A DNA stretch of 64,000 nt from assembly GCA_964016885.1 (NCBI GenBank), contig OZ024750.1:5766001-5830000 (forward strand), read 5' to 3'. This DNA is from Eledone cirrhosa (taxonomy: Eukaryota). Numbering within the stretch: the first letter of the stretch is position 1; each line of letters starts with the position of its first letter. Below are positions 43,579-59,412 of this stretch, one piece after another. The notes beneath the pieces are model-generated. The model did no database searches and was not told the origin of the DNA. It saw only the letters and a program-made list of their open reading frames with translations. The position numbers and the translations under genes are program-made.

Positions 43579-44304
43579 CATCATACACTGAAATATTTTC
43601 CATTACACTCCATTTCAGGTTACAGAAACAGAATATTCCCTACAGTCAAATGTACTTTAGAAATTCGTGATATTTAAAACATATTTCTCTATATGATATT
43701 AAAACAAACTAAATTAGAATCCATTTATAGATGTACAATTGAGTTGATATTTGGCATTCTTAACATAAAATACATAGTAAATGTTTGTTATACTTTTCAA
43801 CCACTAGATTAAATGTTTGCTGTAGCACACAAACATTCAGATTACTATATTCTTAGAATTATCCTACTTGTGGTTTAGTCGACTAAATTGGGAAGGTTTC
43901 TTCTTGTACAACTTCAGGCTATATATTCAGCGAAAATCTATCGAATCAATACGGATGGCATTTCTTTCTTAAAGTAATTGTATCATATAGAGTATGATAA
44001 TAGAGATGACGCATCTATATTATCATAAACCTATTCTACTTTGATGTTTCACATCAAAAGAAATCCCTATTGAAGTGATTTTTTTAAAAAAGCAATCAGA
44101 TAATCACATTAAGTGGTATAACATACCATAATCGAAAACAATTCGAATTGAGTTAATGCAACGAATGTATAAATACCTTTTCTGCTATAAACAAAACCGT
44201 TTTCTACAATGGATCTTGTTCATCCATCTTTAAGTAGGAGCTGAATTCTTTAATGATTTCGTTCTTTCTACTTCACTCTCCAGGGCCGACAATTTCATTT
44301 TTCC

Positions 44305-44450
44305 TGTATATATGTATGTATATATGTATGTATGTATATATATGTGTATGTATATATATATATATATATATGTGTATGTATGTATATATATGTGTATGTA
44401 TATATATATATATATATATATGTGTATGTATGTATATATATATATATGTG

Positions 44451-44485
<35 letters not shown>

Positions 44486-44498
44486 ATGTATATATATG

Positions 44499-44571
<73 letters not shown>

Positions 44572-44586
44572 ATGTATATATATGTA

Positions 44587-44651
<65 letters not shown>

Positions 44652-44672
44652 ATGTATATATATGTATATATG

Positions 44673-44725
<53 letters not shown>

Positions 44726-44734
44726 GTATATATG

Positions 44735-44773
<39 letters not shown>

Positions 44774-45032
44774 GTATATATATATATGTATATATATATA
44801 AGTATATATATATATAAGTATATATATATATAAGTATATATATATATATGTATATATATATATAAGTATATATATATATATGTATATATATATAAGTATA
44901 TATATGTATATATATATATGTATATATATATATGTATATATATATGTATATATATATGTATATATATATGTATATATATATGTATATATATATGTATATA
45001 TATATTATATATATGTATATATATGTATATAC

Positions 45033-45079
<47 letters not shown>

Positions 45080-45107
45080 GTATATATATACGTATATATA
45101 TATATAC

Positions 45108-45170
<63 letters not shown>

Positions 45171-45198
45171 CATATATATATATATATACATACATATA
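44305..45198. repeat. (TA)n/(TATG)n microsatellite
   Basis: Seen directly. Confidence 0.95.
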
Positions 45199-45223
45199 AA
45201 ACCACAGACCCTCCATCTCAACT

Positions 45224-45264
45224 CTACTTTTGAAAAGCAGAAGAACTGCGAAACCGGTAAAGGA
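45224..45264 (+). ncRNA. Minimal hammerhead candidate with compensatory U3:A8 core
   Basis: CTT-TTGAAAA-GCAG-aagaa-CTGC-GAAA-CCGG-TA-AAG, followed by AATAAA; lies between TA tracts. Confidence 0.6.
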
Positions 45265-45534
45265 ACCAAATAAATATATATATTTAAAAAAAAATAAGAC
45301 TCCAGTTGCATTTTCGATTTCATCTTTTTTTCTTTATACTTTCACTCGTGTAGGACACCTCGGTTATTTTTCATTTTGTAGAAAAACCCCTCACTTTCTA
45401 ATATATATATATATATATGAAATAATACAAAACATCAAAGCTATATCATTTTATTTCTAACTATTGTCTCAGCAAACATACACGGTCTCGTCACTCATGT
45501 GTGTTAACTCACTCGGAGAAATGTATATATTAAT

Positions 45535-46548
<1,014 letters not shown>

Positions 46549-46550
<2 letters not shown>

Positions 46551-46652
46551 AACGAAGGAAATGTGGTAAGGAACCAGGTGGACCATAACGCACCAAGTCC
46601 AGAATTAGCCGTCGAAACGGCTTGAGCTCAGCCGTCGGGGTCCTACTCGTTC

Positions 46653-46656
<4 letters not shown>
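46549..46656. mobile_element. Family E insert in (TA)n (tail fused to the inverted arm)
   Basis: Matches 8037-8084 and 8178-8240. Confidence 0.85.
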
Positions 46657-46699
<43 letters not shown>

Positions 46700-47032
46700 G
46701 AGAGGAAAATGATTTTTTTCAGTAGAAAATGCTGAAGAGATTCTTTCAGTATAATATCAAAACATTTATTTATTTATAAAACGGACATTTCTGCATTTAA
46801 TAATGGGACTGGTTGCATCATTATCTACTGATGCAGCTGCAGCTGCGGTTATGCATAATGCAGTTATGTTGCATATTTATACGAATAATAAAAAGAGGAA
46901 GAAAAATTATTATTAGTTTTTACATACATATTTAGAGAGGAAAGTTCATATCTCTGACCGTGGTTGTCCTTCCTTCTCTGTTAGTTGGCTGCCAGAAGTA
47001 GTATATATATATATATTCACATACACGCACGC

Positions 47033-47143
<111 letters not shown>

Positions 47144-47175
47144 TATTAATATATAATATCAACAATACAATAATA

Positions 47176-47358
47176 TAATTGTTTCTACTTTAGGCACAAG
47201 GCCAGCAATTATCCAGTACATTACTGGTACTTTATTTTATCGACCCCGTAAAGATGAAAGGCAAAGTTAACCTCGGCGGGATTTGAACTCAGACTGTAAA
47301 GGGACGTAACTATGCTAGAAAGCATGGCGTCCAACCCTCTACCGATAATGCCAATTCA
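47176..47358 (-). mobile_element. Family A SINE
   Basis: Full-length match to the other copies. Confidence 0.9.
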
Positions 47359-47985
47359 CAATGTCAGTGTGTTGCAGATGTTCCTTCTCTGTTGCAAGAA
47401 TCGTCATTACAATATGAATCATCATCGTGGGGGGTAAAACAAAAATAAAGCAAGTAAATGAAAAAAGTCAGTGAGCGTGAAAATTTGTTACACTCACTGA
47501 CCGAGCATGGTTCAAGGAAGACGAAGGAGAGAAATATCAGAAACTGGTTACGGATCATGACACTAATGTATAATATGAGTGATTTTCGTTTTGTAAATAT
47601 ATAAATGGAGTTTATTTCACAATTTATCACTAATGTTAATCCACGCAGTAGAAAATAATATGATAAATTGATTGGCCGGAGTAATTTTCTACAAAGATTT
47701 CAAAACAACAATAAGAAGAGAAACGACAACCGGTACCAATCTATTGTTTTTTAACACTTTCTTCCTCCGCGCACACATACACTTCCTCTTTAACACACAG
47801 ATACACACTCTCTAACACACACACATACACACTCTCTAATACACACACATACACACTCTCTAATACACACTGCCGAATTCGCAAAAGATATCCAATCCAC
47901 AGCTCATAAAGGGAAGATGCCGCATTGCAAGTTGCACACACACATACATATATATATACACACACACACAAACACACACATACAA

Positions 47986-48018
<33 letters not shown>

Positions 48019-48089
48019 TACACAAACACACGCACGCACATACACAAACACACACACACATATACATATGTATGTATGACTTTTTGGTG

Positions 48090-48310
48090 GAGCGGGAGAC
48101 TCCTGGTCTTCATTAAGACATCTCTCTAGGAGAAGGTCACTCTGATATAAAACCTGCGACTTCATTTGCATCCAATGATGTAGACCAGTTCTACTTTTGG
48201 GGTAAATGCAATCGATGTTCAGAGAGTGGGATTGGCCCCATGCAAATCCTTTCCTCACTTAAAAATATTCAAGCACAGGCATCACTTGGAATGTGACATT
48301 TTTTGAGATG
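48090..48310 (+). mobile_element. Possible 5' UTR and endonuclease start of an RTE-clade LINE
   Basis: TCTAGGAGAAGG...CTCTGA..TAAAACC resembles RTE 5'UTR motifs from memory; ATCACTTGGAATGTGACA encodes ITWNVT (APE start motif TWNVRT). Confidence 0.45.
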
Positions 48311-48715
48311 CAATATATTGCTGGCCACAGGCAGGACCCTAGCAGGACTAAAACGCCACGTCCTTGATGTCCATGGTTAACTATCAAGCGATGGCATTAC
48401 TCGAAATCGAATTGCAGCCATCATCACGTATATGTGTATATGTGCATTTATAATCGTGAGCGAGAATTTGTGTCAATCTCTATATGATTTCTAATTCCAT
48501 AACACGACTTGATGCTGGCCTCCAAAATCGTGCTAAGGTTTCTTTAGTTTCTTAGAATATTTATTTCATCTTCCAACATCTACCTGAAACCTTTGTAGAG
48601 ATTCTCTTCTGTCATTATCTCTATACAACACACCTTACATCAAGTCTCACAAGCACCAAATAGAGAATTGCAATGTTTACACAAATAACATGGAAAGTAC
48701 TTCATCTTGGCATAT

Positions 48716-48913
48716 ATGATGATGTTGATGATGATGATGGCGTGGCGGTGGTGGTGCGGATGATGACGATGATGATGGCGGTGATGAGGATGATGACAAT
48801 GATGATGATGATGATGATGATGATGATGGTGACGATGATGATGATGACGATGATGATGGTGAGGATGATGATGATGATAACGCTGGTGATGAGGATGATG
48901 ATGATGGCGGTGT

Positions 48914-48951
<38 letters not shown>

Positions 48952-48985
48952 GCGGCGATGCGACGGCGGCGGTGTGCGGCGGCGG
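48716..48985. repeat. (GAT)n trinucleotide repeat with GGC/GGT variants
   Basis: Seen directly. Confidence 0.95.
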
Positions 48986-49382
48986 CCCCTCCACCTCCAC
49001 CACCATCATATCCGATAATGAACATTTACTTCGCTACACAATCTTTCTATTAAGGTGACCCGCTAATAAAAGTGTTTCATACGATATATGACAAGTTGGA
49101 AATTAGAATACCTCTCAGTCTTTTGGATGGGTTGGATGGAGTATTTACATAATTCAAGCGGATCACCTTGTCACATCGTGTCACATCGTGTCACATCGTG
49201 TCACTATAATTCTACTTGAGAATCACACCAAGAGTAGACATGATTGTGGAATATTCAGCCACATCGTACACTAATTCAAATAGATTGTTTGTTTAATTGA
49301 ACAACTGCTCCTCCCAGATTGAAATCGACAAAGGAGTCACCATCTTTTTCTCAAACACATTCACCCACCCACACACTCATAC

Positions 49383-49467
<85 letters not shown>

Positions 49468-49615
49468 AATATACACGGGTGTGTATGATTGTGTATAGAA
49501 GATTATATTAATAAAAGGAATTCCAACTTTGTCTGATTTACTCGTTTTATTTACAATCCTTAAACATTAAAATGATATTATAATGAAATAGTATGGTAGA
49601 ATATTAAATGTTAAT

Positions 49616-49654
49616 TGAACAAGTACTTTCATGCTTTCGCAATCTTCAGGTTCA
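49616..49654 (-). ncRNA. Minimal type-I hammerhead ribozyme (39 nt)
   Basis: Minus strand reads TGAAC-CTGAAGA-t-TGC-GAAA-GCA-t-GAAA-GTAC-TT-GTTCA: 5-bp stem I, GNRA-capped stem II, palindromic stem III AGTACT. Confidence 0.8.
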
Positions 49655-49754
49655 TATTCAGTGGTGACAGTCAAGTGTGCAATTTTCAACAGTAGAAAAA
49701 CAAATATATTTCCAAGTTTCAAATTTCTTAGTGCTTAGCTTTATATGTCAACCA

Positions 49755-49811
<57 letters not shown>

Positions 49812-49815
<4 letters not shown>

Positions 49816-49874
49816 TCGGATCTAGCTGTCGAAACGGCCGTAGCTCAGCCGTCGGGGTCCTGACTCTTTTCCTA
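49812..49874 (+). mobile_element. Family E arm containing the 3' half of a hammerhead
   Basis: GAAA-CGGCCG-TA (palindrome ACGGCCGT 49834-49841); CTGANGA is absent. Confidence 0.65.
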
Positions 49875-50613
49875 CACACACATATATATATATATATATA
49901 CATGTTTATACACACGTATAAACATACACACACATGCATATAATATATAAGTGTATAATTATTAGGGAGCAACTTTTCTTTCAAGCATAACTCGGATTAT
50001 AGTGTCACATAAGCACAACAGTTTCCTGTCGGTTAACCACGCTGTTAATGAGAAGGTACCATCACTACATGCATCGTAATTAGATGCACCTACATTAGTT
50101 GATAACACTGTAATTATATATAGAATTTCACAGAAAACAAAGGCGAGAAACTATCAAATCTTTACTAATAACAAAATATAATATAAACCAAACATTTATA
50201 TACAGATGTAGCACACATGAAACCAAATACCGCCATGCTTCAACTGTTGAGAAATTTTAAATGAGGCGTCCATGGTGTTCTTCCCCCGCCATGATTGTTT
50301 ACCACTACTCTTAAGCACGTGACCATACGCCATTAGTATGACCATTCTAATTGTGAAGTTAGAGCTGTGAATGTTTCGAAACTTTAATACACACATTGCA
50401 TTGAGGAACAGAAGTTCTTTAAACTAAGCCTAAAGTACAAATATGGCTGTATGTGAAAAAAAAAAAAAATGAAAATCATCATATGTTTTCCATATAAAAC
50501 ACACATATATACACACACACACACACACACACCCACTCACACACCCACACATCCATCCATACCCACTCATACACCCATCCACACACAAACAAACAACAAC
50601 GACAACAACAACA

Positions 50614-50804
50614 ATAATTATTTCTACTTTTTGGCACAAGGCCAGCAATTATCCCAGTGTATTACTGGTACTTTATTTTATCGACCCCGTAAGGATGAAA
50701 GGCAAAGTTAACCTCGGCGGGATTTGAACTCAGAATGGCAAGGGTCGTAACTCTATGCGTCAAAGCATGGCGTCCGACCTTTTACCGATACTGCCAATCC
50801 ACCA
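50614..50804 (-). mobile_element. Family A SINE
   Basis: Full-length match. Confidence 0.9.
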
Positions 50805-51064
50805 CAATAATAATAATGTATGTGTAGCTGCGTTTGTGGGGGTTTTGTGTGTAACCAATTAGACCATTACAACGACAGGATATATTTAAAAAAAGGGGAT
50901 ATGTTCGTTTATCGTCAGAAGAATGAAATATATTAATGTTTTGGGTGGGGTCTTTTGGCAATGCACATTAGACGTACTTGGAAGTTGTTTCTGCACCTCG
51001 GGGGGATTCATATCCACACATGAGTGCGCAAGCGCACATCTATCACACGTACGTCCGCGCACGG

Positions 51065-51180
<116 letters not shown>

Positions 51181-52783
51181 ATATTTATTTATTCAAAAAG
51201 CACAAATAGACGTTCCAATGACTGATCCCGTTCGATCTGCTACAAATAGAAGCCAAATTGTCCATAAATTGCATTCTACTCTCTTGTAAAATGGAAATAC
51301 GTATTAGGTAAAGTAGTTCAATATAAGAAAAGGAAATAGAATAAGGGACAAAAAGAACTACAACTACAATAACAACAACTTGTATATAAAGATGCACCTT
51401 GAGTACATTTGGTTTCAGTGTATAATTCCAGAAGAGTAATAAGTAAGGTCTTGTATAAATCTATTGTTGGCAACATACTGTCAAGTTGGTGTAGCATGGA
51501 ATTCGAATTTATCAAACTTACCTTCATTTAGAAATGTAGTTTGAATGGCTGATGGATTCTAGGTCGCATAATTGCACCTAAGACCGTGTCAATTACACCT
51601 GAGATACTTCATGATTAAGGGTGTATGGAGCAAGGGTGCTGATGTTTCTCAACATCTAACACTCCCGGGTGTAATACAATCACAGTGTAACTGTATTTCA
51701 CACTCCAACCATCCGGCAATATATTATAACGGTATATCTCACATTTTATCCATTAGCATGATATATTAAGCTGCATTTAAAAATTCTTCTTTCCAATGTT
51801 ATACATAATAATATCTCCAGTACAACTCAACACAATCTCCAGTAATCTAATGCAATATATCAGCTCTAAATACACCACCCTCCACACAATTGAATAACAT
51901 AATATATCAGCGTATTTAACAAGCTAGGCTTTCAATTTATTCAATCCTATTATGAGTGCATTTCGCCATTTAATGTAAGTTCTTCTAATTTAATGCATCT
52001 GACTATCTTTAGCTTCAGTGAATCAATACAGTTGACATTGACAAAGTAGCCATCTTTAATGAATTTAAGCAAGACGATGGAACAGCTCTGGTACAAATAA
52101 ACATTTCCTCAACTTATTGAAATTAAAGAAATGTTAGCTGGCCTTGGATTCCGTTTAATGCTAATCGTTCAATTTACTCCTTCTCCATGACATCTACTCT
52201 ATCCCCTCCTCTCTCTCTCACACACACGCATAAACACCAAAATCTCTCGCTATATATGTATGTATGCATCTATCTATCTATCTTTGTGTATATATACACG
52301 CATACACGCATACACGCACACACACACACACACTCTCTCTCACATACATATATACACACTCACTCTCTCTCACACACACACATATATGTTCAGACACACA
52401 GGGTAACCGACGTTAAATGACAACGATGATGATAATGATGATTACCACACGCATAAATGGAGCAATGATCAAATAGCTATGCTAATTAACTTTATAATTA
52501 AGGATCACTCCAAAATAAACAAGTTGAATCACCAACATGATGCCAATCTCAGAAATATTGGTTCTCCGCTCACATCTTACAACCTCACACTGACCTACTC
52601 TAACACGTTGAATGCTATAACTAAGAAGAACAAATTAATTAATACTGTCAGATTTAAATCCCTGTTCTAAATGTGTTCTATAAATATTTTCCTATACCAG
52701 ATCTCATTGGAAAGTCTCAAAGAAATTGAACATATATTACCATTTGTTTTTTAGTTGTCAATTCTATTGTTATTGCTTCTTAG

Positions 52784-52975
52784 TCACCTGAGATCTGCCC
52801 TGGTGATATCCAGACATCTAGTGCAGGGCCTGCCGCGAGGCCTATTCCAGCCTGCAGCTGTTGCGTCGAATGAGAGTAAGGAGCTGTTAGGATGATGCGG
52901 CGGAAAGCGGAGGACATGTTCATACCAGCGCATGCGGCGGATAGCTATGAGGTGGGATGCTGTGGACTTATGCAT
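52784..52975 (-). pseudogene. RTE-clade LINE C-terminal fragment
   Basis: ORF track IRRMRWYEHVLR...RPRGRPCTRCLDITRADL matches the RTE motif RRLRWFGHV.R...RPRGRP..RW.D....DL. Confidence 0.8.
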
Positions 52976-53074
52976 GCGCCACGGTAGAGAGAATGGTGAA
53001 AGGTGTTACATGGGAGGATGGCGAGGGAGATGAACTGAGAGAGCTTGTCCAGGTATAGTAAGTGGAAAAGTGGT

Positions 53075-53400
53075 TCGGAGAACCAGAACAACAGATGTTT
53101 CCTCTGGTATACCTTCGACTATAAACCTATCGGAGAGAGGCTGCTAGTTTGTCACCTTGCGATTTTTTAGCATGCCGGGTAAAGGAGCATGGGTCTGACG
53201 CTGATTTCACAAGATTGCCGCTTGAGAAAGCATCGTTTATGTAGCGTCAAAGATAAGGAGTTTACCCCCCCCCCCCGGAACGAGAAGATTGTCACCCTGT
53301 CCAGCCTCTTGCCATCAACTCGATCTATGTCCGTCGGTGACAACTGTGCTTTCAACGATCTCAAAGTATCTTCATATTTTGACATTGCATTCCCAGCTAG
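53075..53400 (-). pseudogene. Decayed CRE-like non-LTR retrotransposon fragment (restriction-like endonuclease domain)
   Basis: PTDIDRVDGKRLDRVTIFSF, then after a frameshift DAFSSGNLVKSA..AKNRK..LSDRF..EETSVV; resembles P.GL.R.DGKRPDG.T..P...D.T..D...AE..K..KY...ET.G. Confidence 0.7.
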
Positions 53401-53433
53401 CAAAAGTTACTGCCAATAATGTCAGAGCAAACA

Positions 53434-53644
53434 AATAATGGTTTCTGATTTAGGCACAAGGCCAGCAATTTTGAGGGGAGGGGAAGTCGATAAAATCGAC
53501 CTCAGTGCGCGACTGGTACTTTATTTTATCGACCTCGTAAGAATGAAAGGCAAAAGTAATATCAGAGAGATTTGAACTCAGAATGTAAAGAGCAGTAACT
53601 CTATGCTGTAAAGCATGGCGTCCAACCCTCTACCGATACTGCCA
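53434..53644 (-). mobile_element. Family A SINE long-tail variant
   Basis: Sequence match; TSD CAAACAAATAAT. Confidence 0.9.
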
Positions 53645-54330
53645 CAAACAAATAATACTGACAGAATGTTTCCATAAATTCCGTTTTACTGTTGCTGCTA
53701 AAAAAAGAAAATCTCTTCCACAAATCTTCGTATTGATGTGGAAAAAACGTCAGTATGATTTTGTTATTATAATTGTCAATATCACTTAGCTTGTAAAGGG
53801 TATGTTGTGATATGTATGATATATTCCTGCCGTTTTCGCACCCGGCAAACCGGCTAAGATGTAAATAATACCCGGTTTGTTAGTAAATCTTACAAACTAA
53901 GTAAGCTGTGTTGGCAATATATCGTGAGATTGTTGAAAAATCTGGATGGTAAAGATTTATATAAGTCTTTAATAACAAAAGACTTTAGCTGGGAAAATAT
54001 TTTCTCTCCTCTCAATCAACATAGCATATAATTTGGTTACACCCCATCGTGGAACAGTTTTAGCGCTTATAGTTACTGGGTTCGCATGCTGGTTTAAAAT
54101 AAATAAGAATATATTTTAATAACGCCCCACGGGAAAAAGTTATGTTTCTGTGTAAAATGTTATAACATTGATGTAATTATGTCATAAAACAAATACACGA
54201 GCTTCTGTCATTCTTCTCCCTTATTTCTATTTATTCCCGTCTCTGCCTCACTGTTTATCTCTCCAACATTAAGACTATTCTCTCCCTTTCATTTATTACC
54301 AACTCTCTCACATTATCTCTTCTCGTCTCT

Positions 54331-54522
54331 GGTGGTGGATTGGCAGTATCGGTAGAGGGTCGGACGCCATGCTTTCCACCATAGAGTTACGTCCCTTTAC
54401 GATCTGAGTTCAAATCCTGCCAAGGTTGACTTTGCCTTTCATCCTTACGGGGTCGATAAAATAAAGTACCAGTAATGTACTGGGATAATTGCTGGCATTG
54501 TGCCTAAAGTAGAAACAATTAT
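54331..54522 (+). mobile_element. Family A SINE with a 19-bp TSD
   Basis: ATTATCTCTTCTCGTCTCT on both sides. Confidence 0.92.
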
Positions 54523-54719
54523 CTCTTCTCGTCTCTCTTCAAACGTATTTCTCAGTCTTATGTTTTGATTCCTTAATGATCTTCTCCTCCTCCTCCTCTT
54601 TCCAATTCCTCCCCTTCTCTTCTACCTTCTCCTCTTCCTTTTCCACCTTTACAGTACAGTATATTGGAATACCGATAAAACAGCAACAACAACAACAACA
54701 ACGATATAAACATATATAT

Positions 54720-55076
54720 CAGGTCCGAACACAAAAGAACCAAACTCCCACTGTCACTACCCCCCCCCCCGCTCTCCCCCTCTCTAACTATTATGATCAA
54801 ATGGGGACCCACGGGCTGGTCGCCTCACGGTCCCGGCGGACAGAATAGAGAAGGCGTTTCCCCAGAGGATCGTGAGGAAGGCTCGCTAGAAGAACCATTC
54901 CAGCTAGCGAGGCTCTATACCTGTGGGTAACAAACTCTTTGCCGATGATGGCGAACAGGGAGGTTGTCGTAGGGCCAAGGACACCAGAAGTCTCCACTGC
55001 TACGGGTTCGACCTCAAACCTACCCGAGAGCCACCGATATTTGGAGAGTTTACTCTTCTCGGCCCAAAGTGCAGCA
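54720..55076. mobile_element. Longest family D copy (GC-rich)
   Basis: Shares blocks with 770-860, 3060-3112, 12679-12787, 22800-23036, 28020-28135 and 59468-59598. Confidence 0.7.
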
Positions 55077-55297
55077 ATACTTTTATTTGATAGTAATGCT
55101 ATCCATATATCCTTTCTTTCTTTCGTTACATCTTTTGCTTTGCTTAAGTGGAAGTTGTTATGACAGAAGGAAATGTTATGGAGAGATAGAAATGCCGTGA
55201 TATTAGTTTAAAGCCTCCAGATATTTAGTTTCATCTTCCTACATTTTGAGTTCAATTGACGTTTCCTTTCTGCACTTCAGGGACAATAAATATAGTA

Positions 55298-55351
<54 letters not shown>

Positions 55352-56103
55352 CTGCTGTCTACTTTATCGATTATATCGTTCCCTATGAAAAATTTGTGCC
55401 ATTGTACCACAAACATATCAAATAAGGAGGCAACACAAGAAATAGTAGATACCACCACCACCACCACCACCACCACTACTACTACTACTACTAAAGAACA
55501 TTTCTGCTATTTCACACGAGATGACAATGGCAATAACAAATGTAACAACATTGGTAAGAAATCCAACGAATAAAATCCAACTTTACTCCATATACTATCT
55601 CTCTCTCGTTCACCCTCCCTCAGTCTCTCTCTCTCTTTCTCCCTTCCTCTCTCTCTTCCTCCCCCTCTTTCCCTCCCTATAAAGAGGTACTAAAACGTTA
55701 TCTCTGAAAGTGCTGGACAATAGAGTTTATAAGAAACTGAATTGCCTCGTTAAAGTGTTCGTTCTATTTAACCTTTGGGCGGTCTCAAAAGATTGTAACA
55801 CGGCCAATATACCTCTTAACTTTCTCCTTTGTTATTGGGTGACTTTCTAAAATGTAAGTCGAAAAGATGAAAAAAATGGCGATTTTTCATCAGATAACAT
55901 ATCTTCATTGATGACATTCATTGATCTTCTGCTAGTGTCAAAATGGCGGCCGAAGAAACTGTATTTCACGTTTCCGTGTTTTCTGTAAATGTTTTCGCTA
56001 CTTTTCTTTCTTGCCTTCCTTTCTGCATGCATACATACAATACACATATATATACACACATATACACATATATACACACGCACATGTATATATTAATATC
56101 CCT

Positions 56104-56145
<42 letters not shown>

Positions 56146-56188
56146 ATAGATGCATATATACATCCATATATATACAGTACAGAAATAT

Positions 56189-56261
<73 letters not shown>

Positions 56262-56404
56262 TTTATGCCCTTGTTCTCTAAATATAGTTTTTAAAGAATT
56301 CCCTTTTCTTTAAACCCATCAACCAATGACCTCCACCCATCCCAATCACCACCCACTCCTACCACGAGAAAATATATAAATACCACCATATTACTTGGAC
56401 AGTC

Positions 56405-56455
56405 GGCTTCTTGATGATTTCTCTCGAATGAAACAGTTCTAGTCCGGTAGAAGCC
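56405..56455 (+). ncRNA. Type-I hammerhead ribozyme, partly decayed
   Basis: 6-bp stem I GGCTTC/GAAGCC; TTGATGA (C3 to U); stem II TTC-tctc-GAA; GAAA; 16-nt imperfect palindrome ACAGTTCTAGTCCGGT; GUA site; AATAAA downstream. Confidence 0.65.
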
Positions 56456-56542
56456 ATTTCTGTATTAAATAAACATATATAAATATGCATATAATATGTA
56501 TGTGTATGAGTGCGACTGCGTGTGTGTATAGATATATGAGCA

Positions 56543-56596
<54 letters not shown>

Positions 56597-56744
56597 TTTT
56601 GAGTATATGTTGGTTGTATACCAACACCTCAGTATGCAGGCTGGAGCACTCGACGAAGTGCGCAGGTTGGTTTGGTTACTCCGGAGTAATGTAAAATAAA
56701 GTAAATTAAATAAGTCAAATGTTTAGAATTTAGCTTCGTTTATT

Positions 56745-56800
56745 ACTGCTATATATATTTCGGTGACAGCCATCTTTGGCTGTGACCTCTTCAGGCAGTC
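56745..56800 (-). ncRNA. Type-I hammerhead ribozyme (left arm)
   Basis: Exact reverse complement of 56919-56974. Confidence 0.85.
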
Positions 56801-56918
56801 ATATATGATTCCAATTCCTCAGTGAAATAACAACCCAACTAGGAACTGGGCATATCAGAGTATTGACAAAATTATACACCTCAACAACATATGTACTTGT
56901 CTATACCACACTAATTCG

Positions 56919-56974
56919 GACTGCCTGAAGAGGTCACAGCCAAAGATGGCTGTCACCGAAATATATATAGCAGT
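56919..56974 (+). ncRNA. Type-I hammerhead ribozyme (right arm)
   Basis: Stem I ACTGC/GCAGT; CTGAAGA 56925-56931; 10-bp stem II with one C.C mismatch; GAAA 56958-56961; palindromic stem III ATATATAT; predicted cleavage after A56969; AATAAA follows. Confidence 0.88.
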
Positions 56975-57020
56975 AATAAACGAAGCTAAATTTTAAACAT
57001 TTGACTTATTTATTTTACTT

Positions 57021-57171
<151 letters not shown>

Positions 57172-57734
57172 AAAGAGAGAAATTGGGAGTTACTAGTTGT
57201 TTAGACTAGTAAAACGAAGTTCAACTCTATTTTGGGTTAATATTGGGTCAAAAGATTCTTATGACTGTCAGCAGGCTGCCATCACACGGTGTGTGTAGGT
57301 GTGTGTGTGTGTGTGTAGGTGTGTGTGTGTGTATAGGTGTGTGTATGTATGTATGTATGTGTGTGTGTATATACATATATATGTGTGTGTGTGTGTATGT
57401 GTCTGTGCGTGTGTGTGCATATTTGTTGGTTTTCTGTATGTTTAAATGTATTTATTTTTGCGAAAGAATTCTGTCTTTCGCTTTGTACGTAAACCTTTAT
57501 ACGTTTCGTCAAAGTACGAAACCTCACCTATAAATCTACCAGATGTACAAATGTTTATCTAGTTTGCATATTTTATCACATGTGGCTATAATTATTGTAG
57601 ATGTCTTTGTTTGAACAAGGCGGGAGACGCGTGTTTATATATATATACACACACATGTATATATAGAGAGAGAGGGAGAGAGTACATGTATGTATACTGA
57701 CATGCACATATGCACCGACAAATGTACACGCATT

Positions 57735-58345
<611 letters not shown>

Positions 58346-58399
58346 AACTTGTTTGTATAAATTATAAATAAATATTTGATATAACATGTGTGTGTGTGT

Positions 58400-58465
<66 letters not shown>

Positions 58466-59157
58466 TGCAGACAACTGTGAAACAAAAGCTGGTGAACTGA
58501 AAATCCCTTTAAAAAATAGTTTCCCCCAAACGTGTGCCTGTTGTATTACCAATGTTGCGGCCCTCTTTATATATCCTGAAACTGTTTTACAGAATATTTC
58601 ATCATATCAAATTCTGTTTGGTTTGTGAAGAAAAATCTTAAGTTATGAGAATTATTAAAACACGATATTATTAGTATTTTTAAACACTTTAAGTTATAAT
58701 ATAGTGGATCTATTTCTACGAAGTTCAAATCCAGCCGTATGTAACTCCACCATCAAAACACGTATTATGGTTCAACTTAAGTCTAACCCCAACCGATAGT
58801 TTGTACTTAGATCCATTTTTGTTTCCTAAACGGGAAGTATGAACATTGATTAAATCGATCGGAATATCATTATTGGTATTTATATTATCGATTTTTGGTA
58901 GAAAGTTGTAAGATGTAAACAAGTCTAGCAGTCTTCAAAAATATAAAATTCGATAAACTTTTTTTTCACTCATTTTTCTTATATTCTTCGATATTTTCAT
59001 GAGTTCCGGGACTTATTGTTTGTCATTTTATTGCTCCAAGAAAAATGAATTAAGTTTATGAGTTGCGTATATACAAATAAGTGAAACATCGAATTTGATA
59101 CGCTAAAAGATTCTGGTTTGATTAGATTCCTAATACAACATTTTCACTACCATAAGT

Positions 59158-59412
59158 GTGAAGGCACATGGTTTAGTGGTTAGAGCATTGGGCTTGCAAT
59201 TGAAAGGTTGTGAGTTCAATTCTCGGACCGGGTGATGTGTTGTTTCCTTGAGCAAGGCACTTTATTTCACGTTGCTCCAGTTTACTCAGCTGTAGAAATG
59301 AGATGATAGGACTGGGGTCCCTATCATTAAATCACCCAAGACACCTCCAACGAGATATACCTTGGAGGAGGCCAGCTAAAACCTGCATAGGTGTGAGCTG
59401 TCACAACAACAG
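59158..59412 (+). mobile_element. CORE-type tRNA SINE, tail type B, with a 53-bp flanking duplication
   Basis: A box TGGTTTAGTGG, B box GAGTTCAATTC, CORE-like block; duplication at 59105-59157 and 59414-59466. Confidence 0.92.

Noticed and set aside
51440-51520. KVLYKSIV...AWNSNL resembling a CR1/L2 LINE remnant
   Set aside because: Too short and frameshifted to support without a profile search
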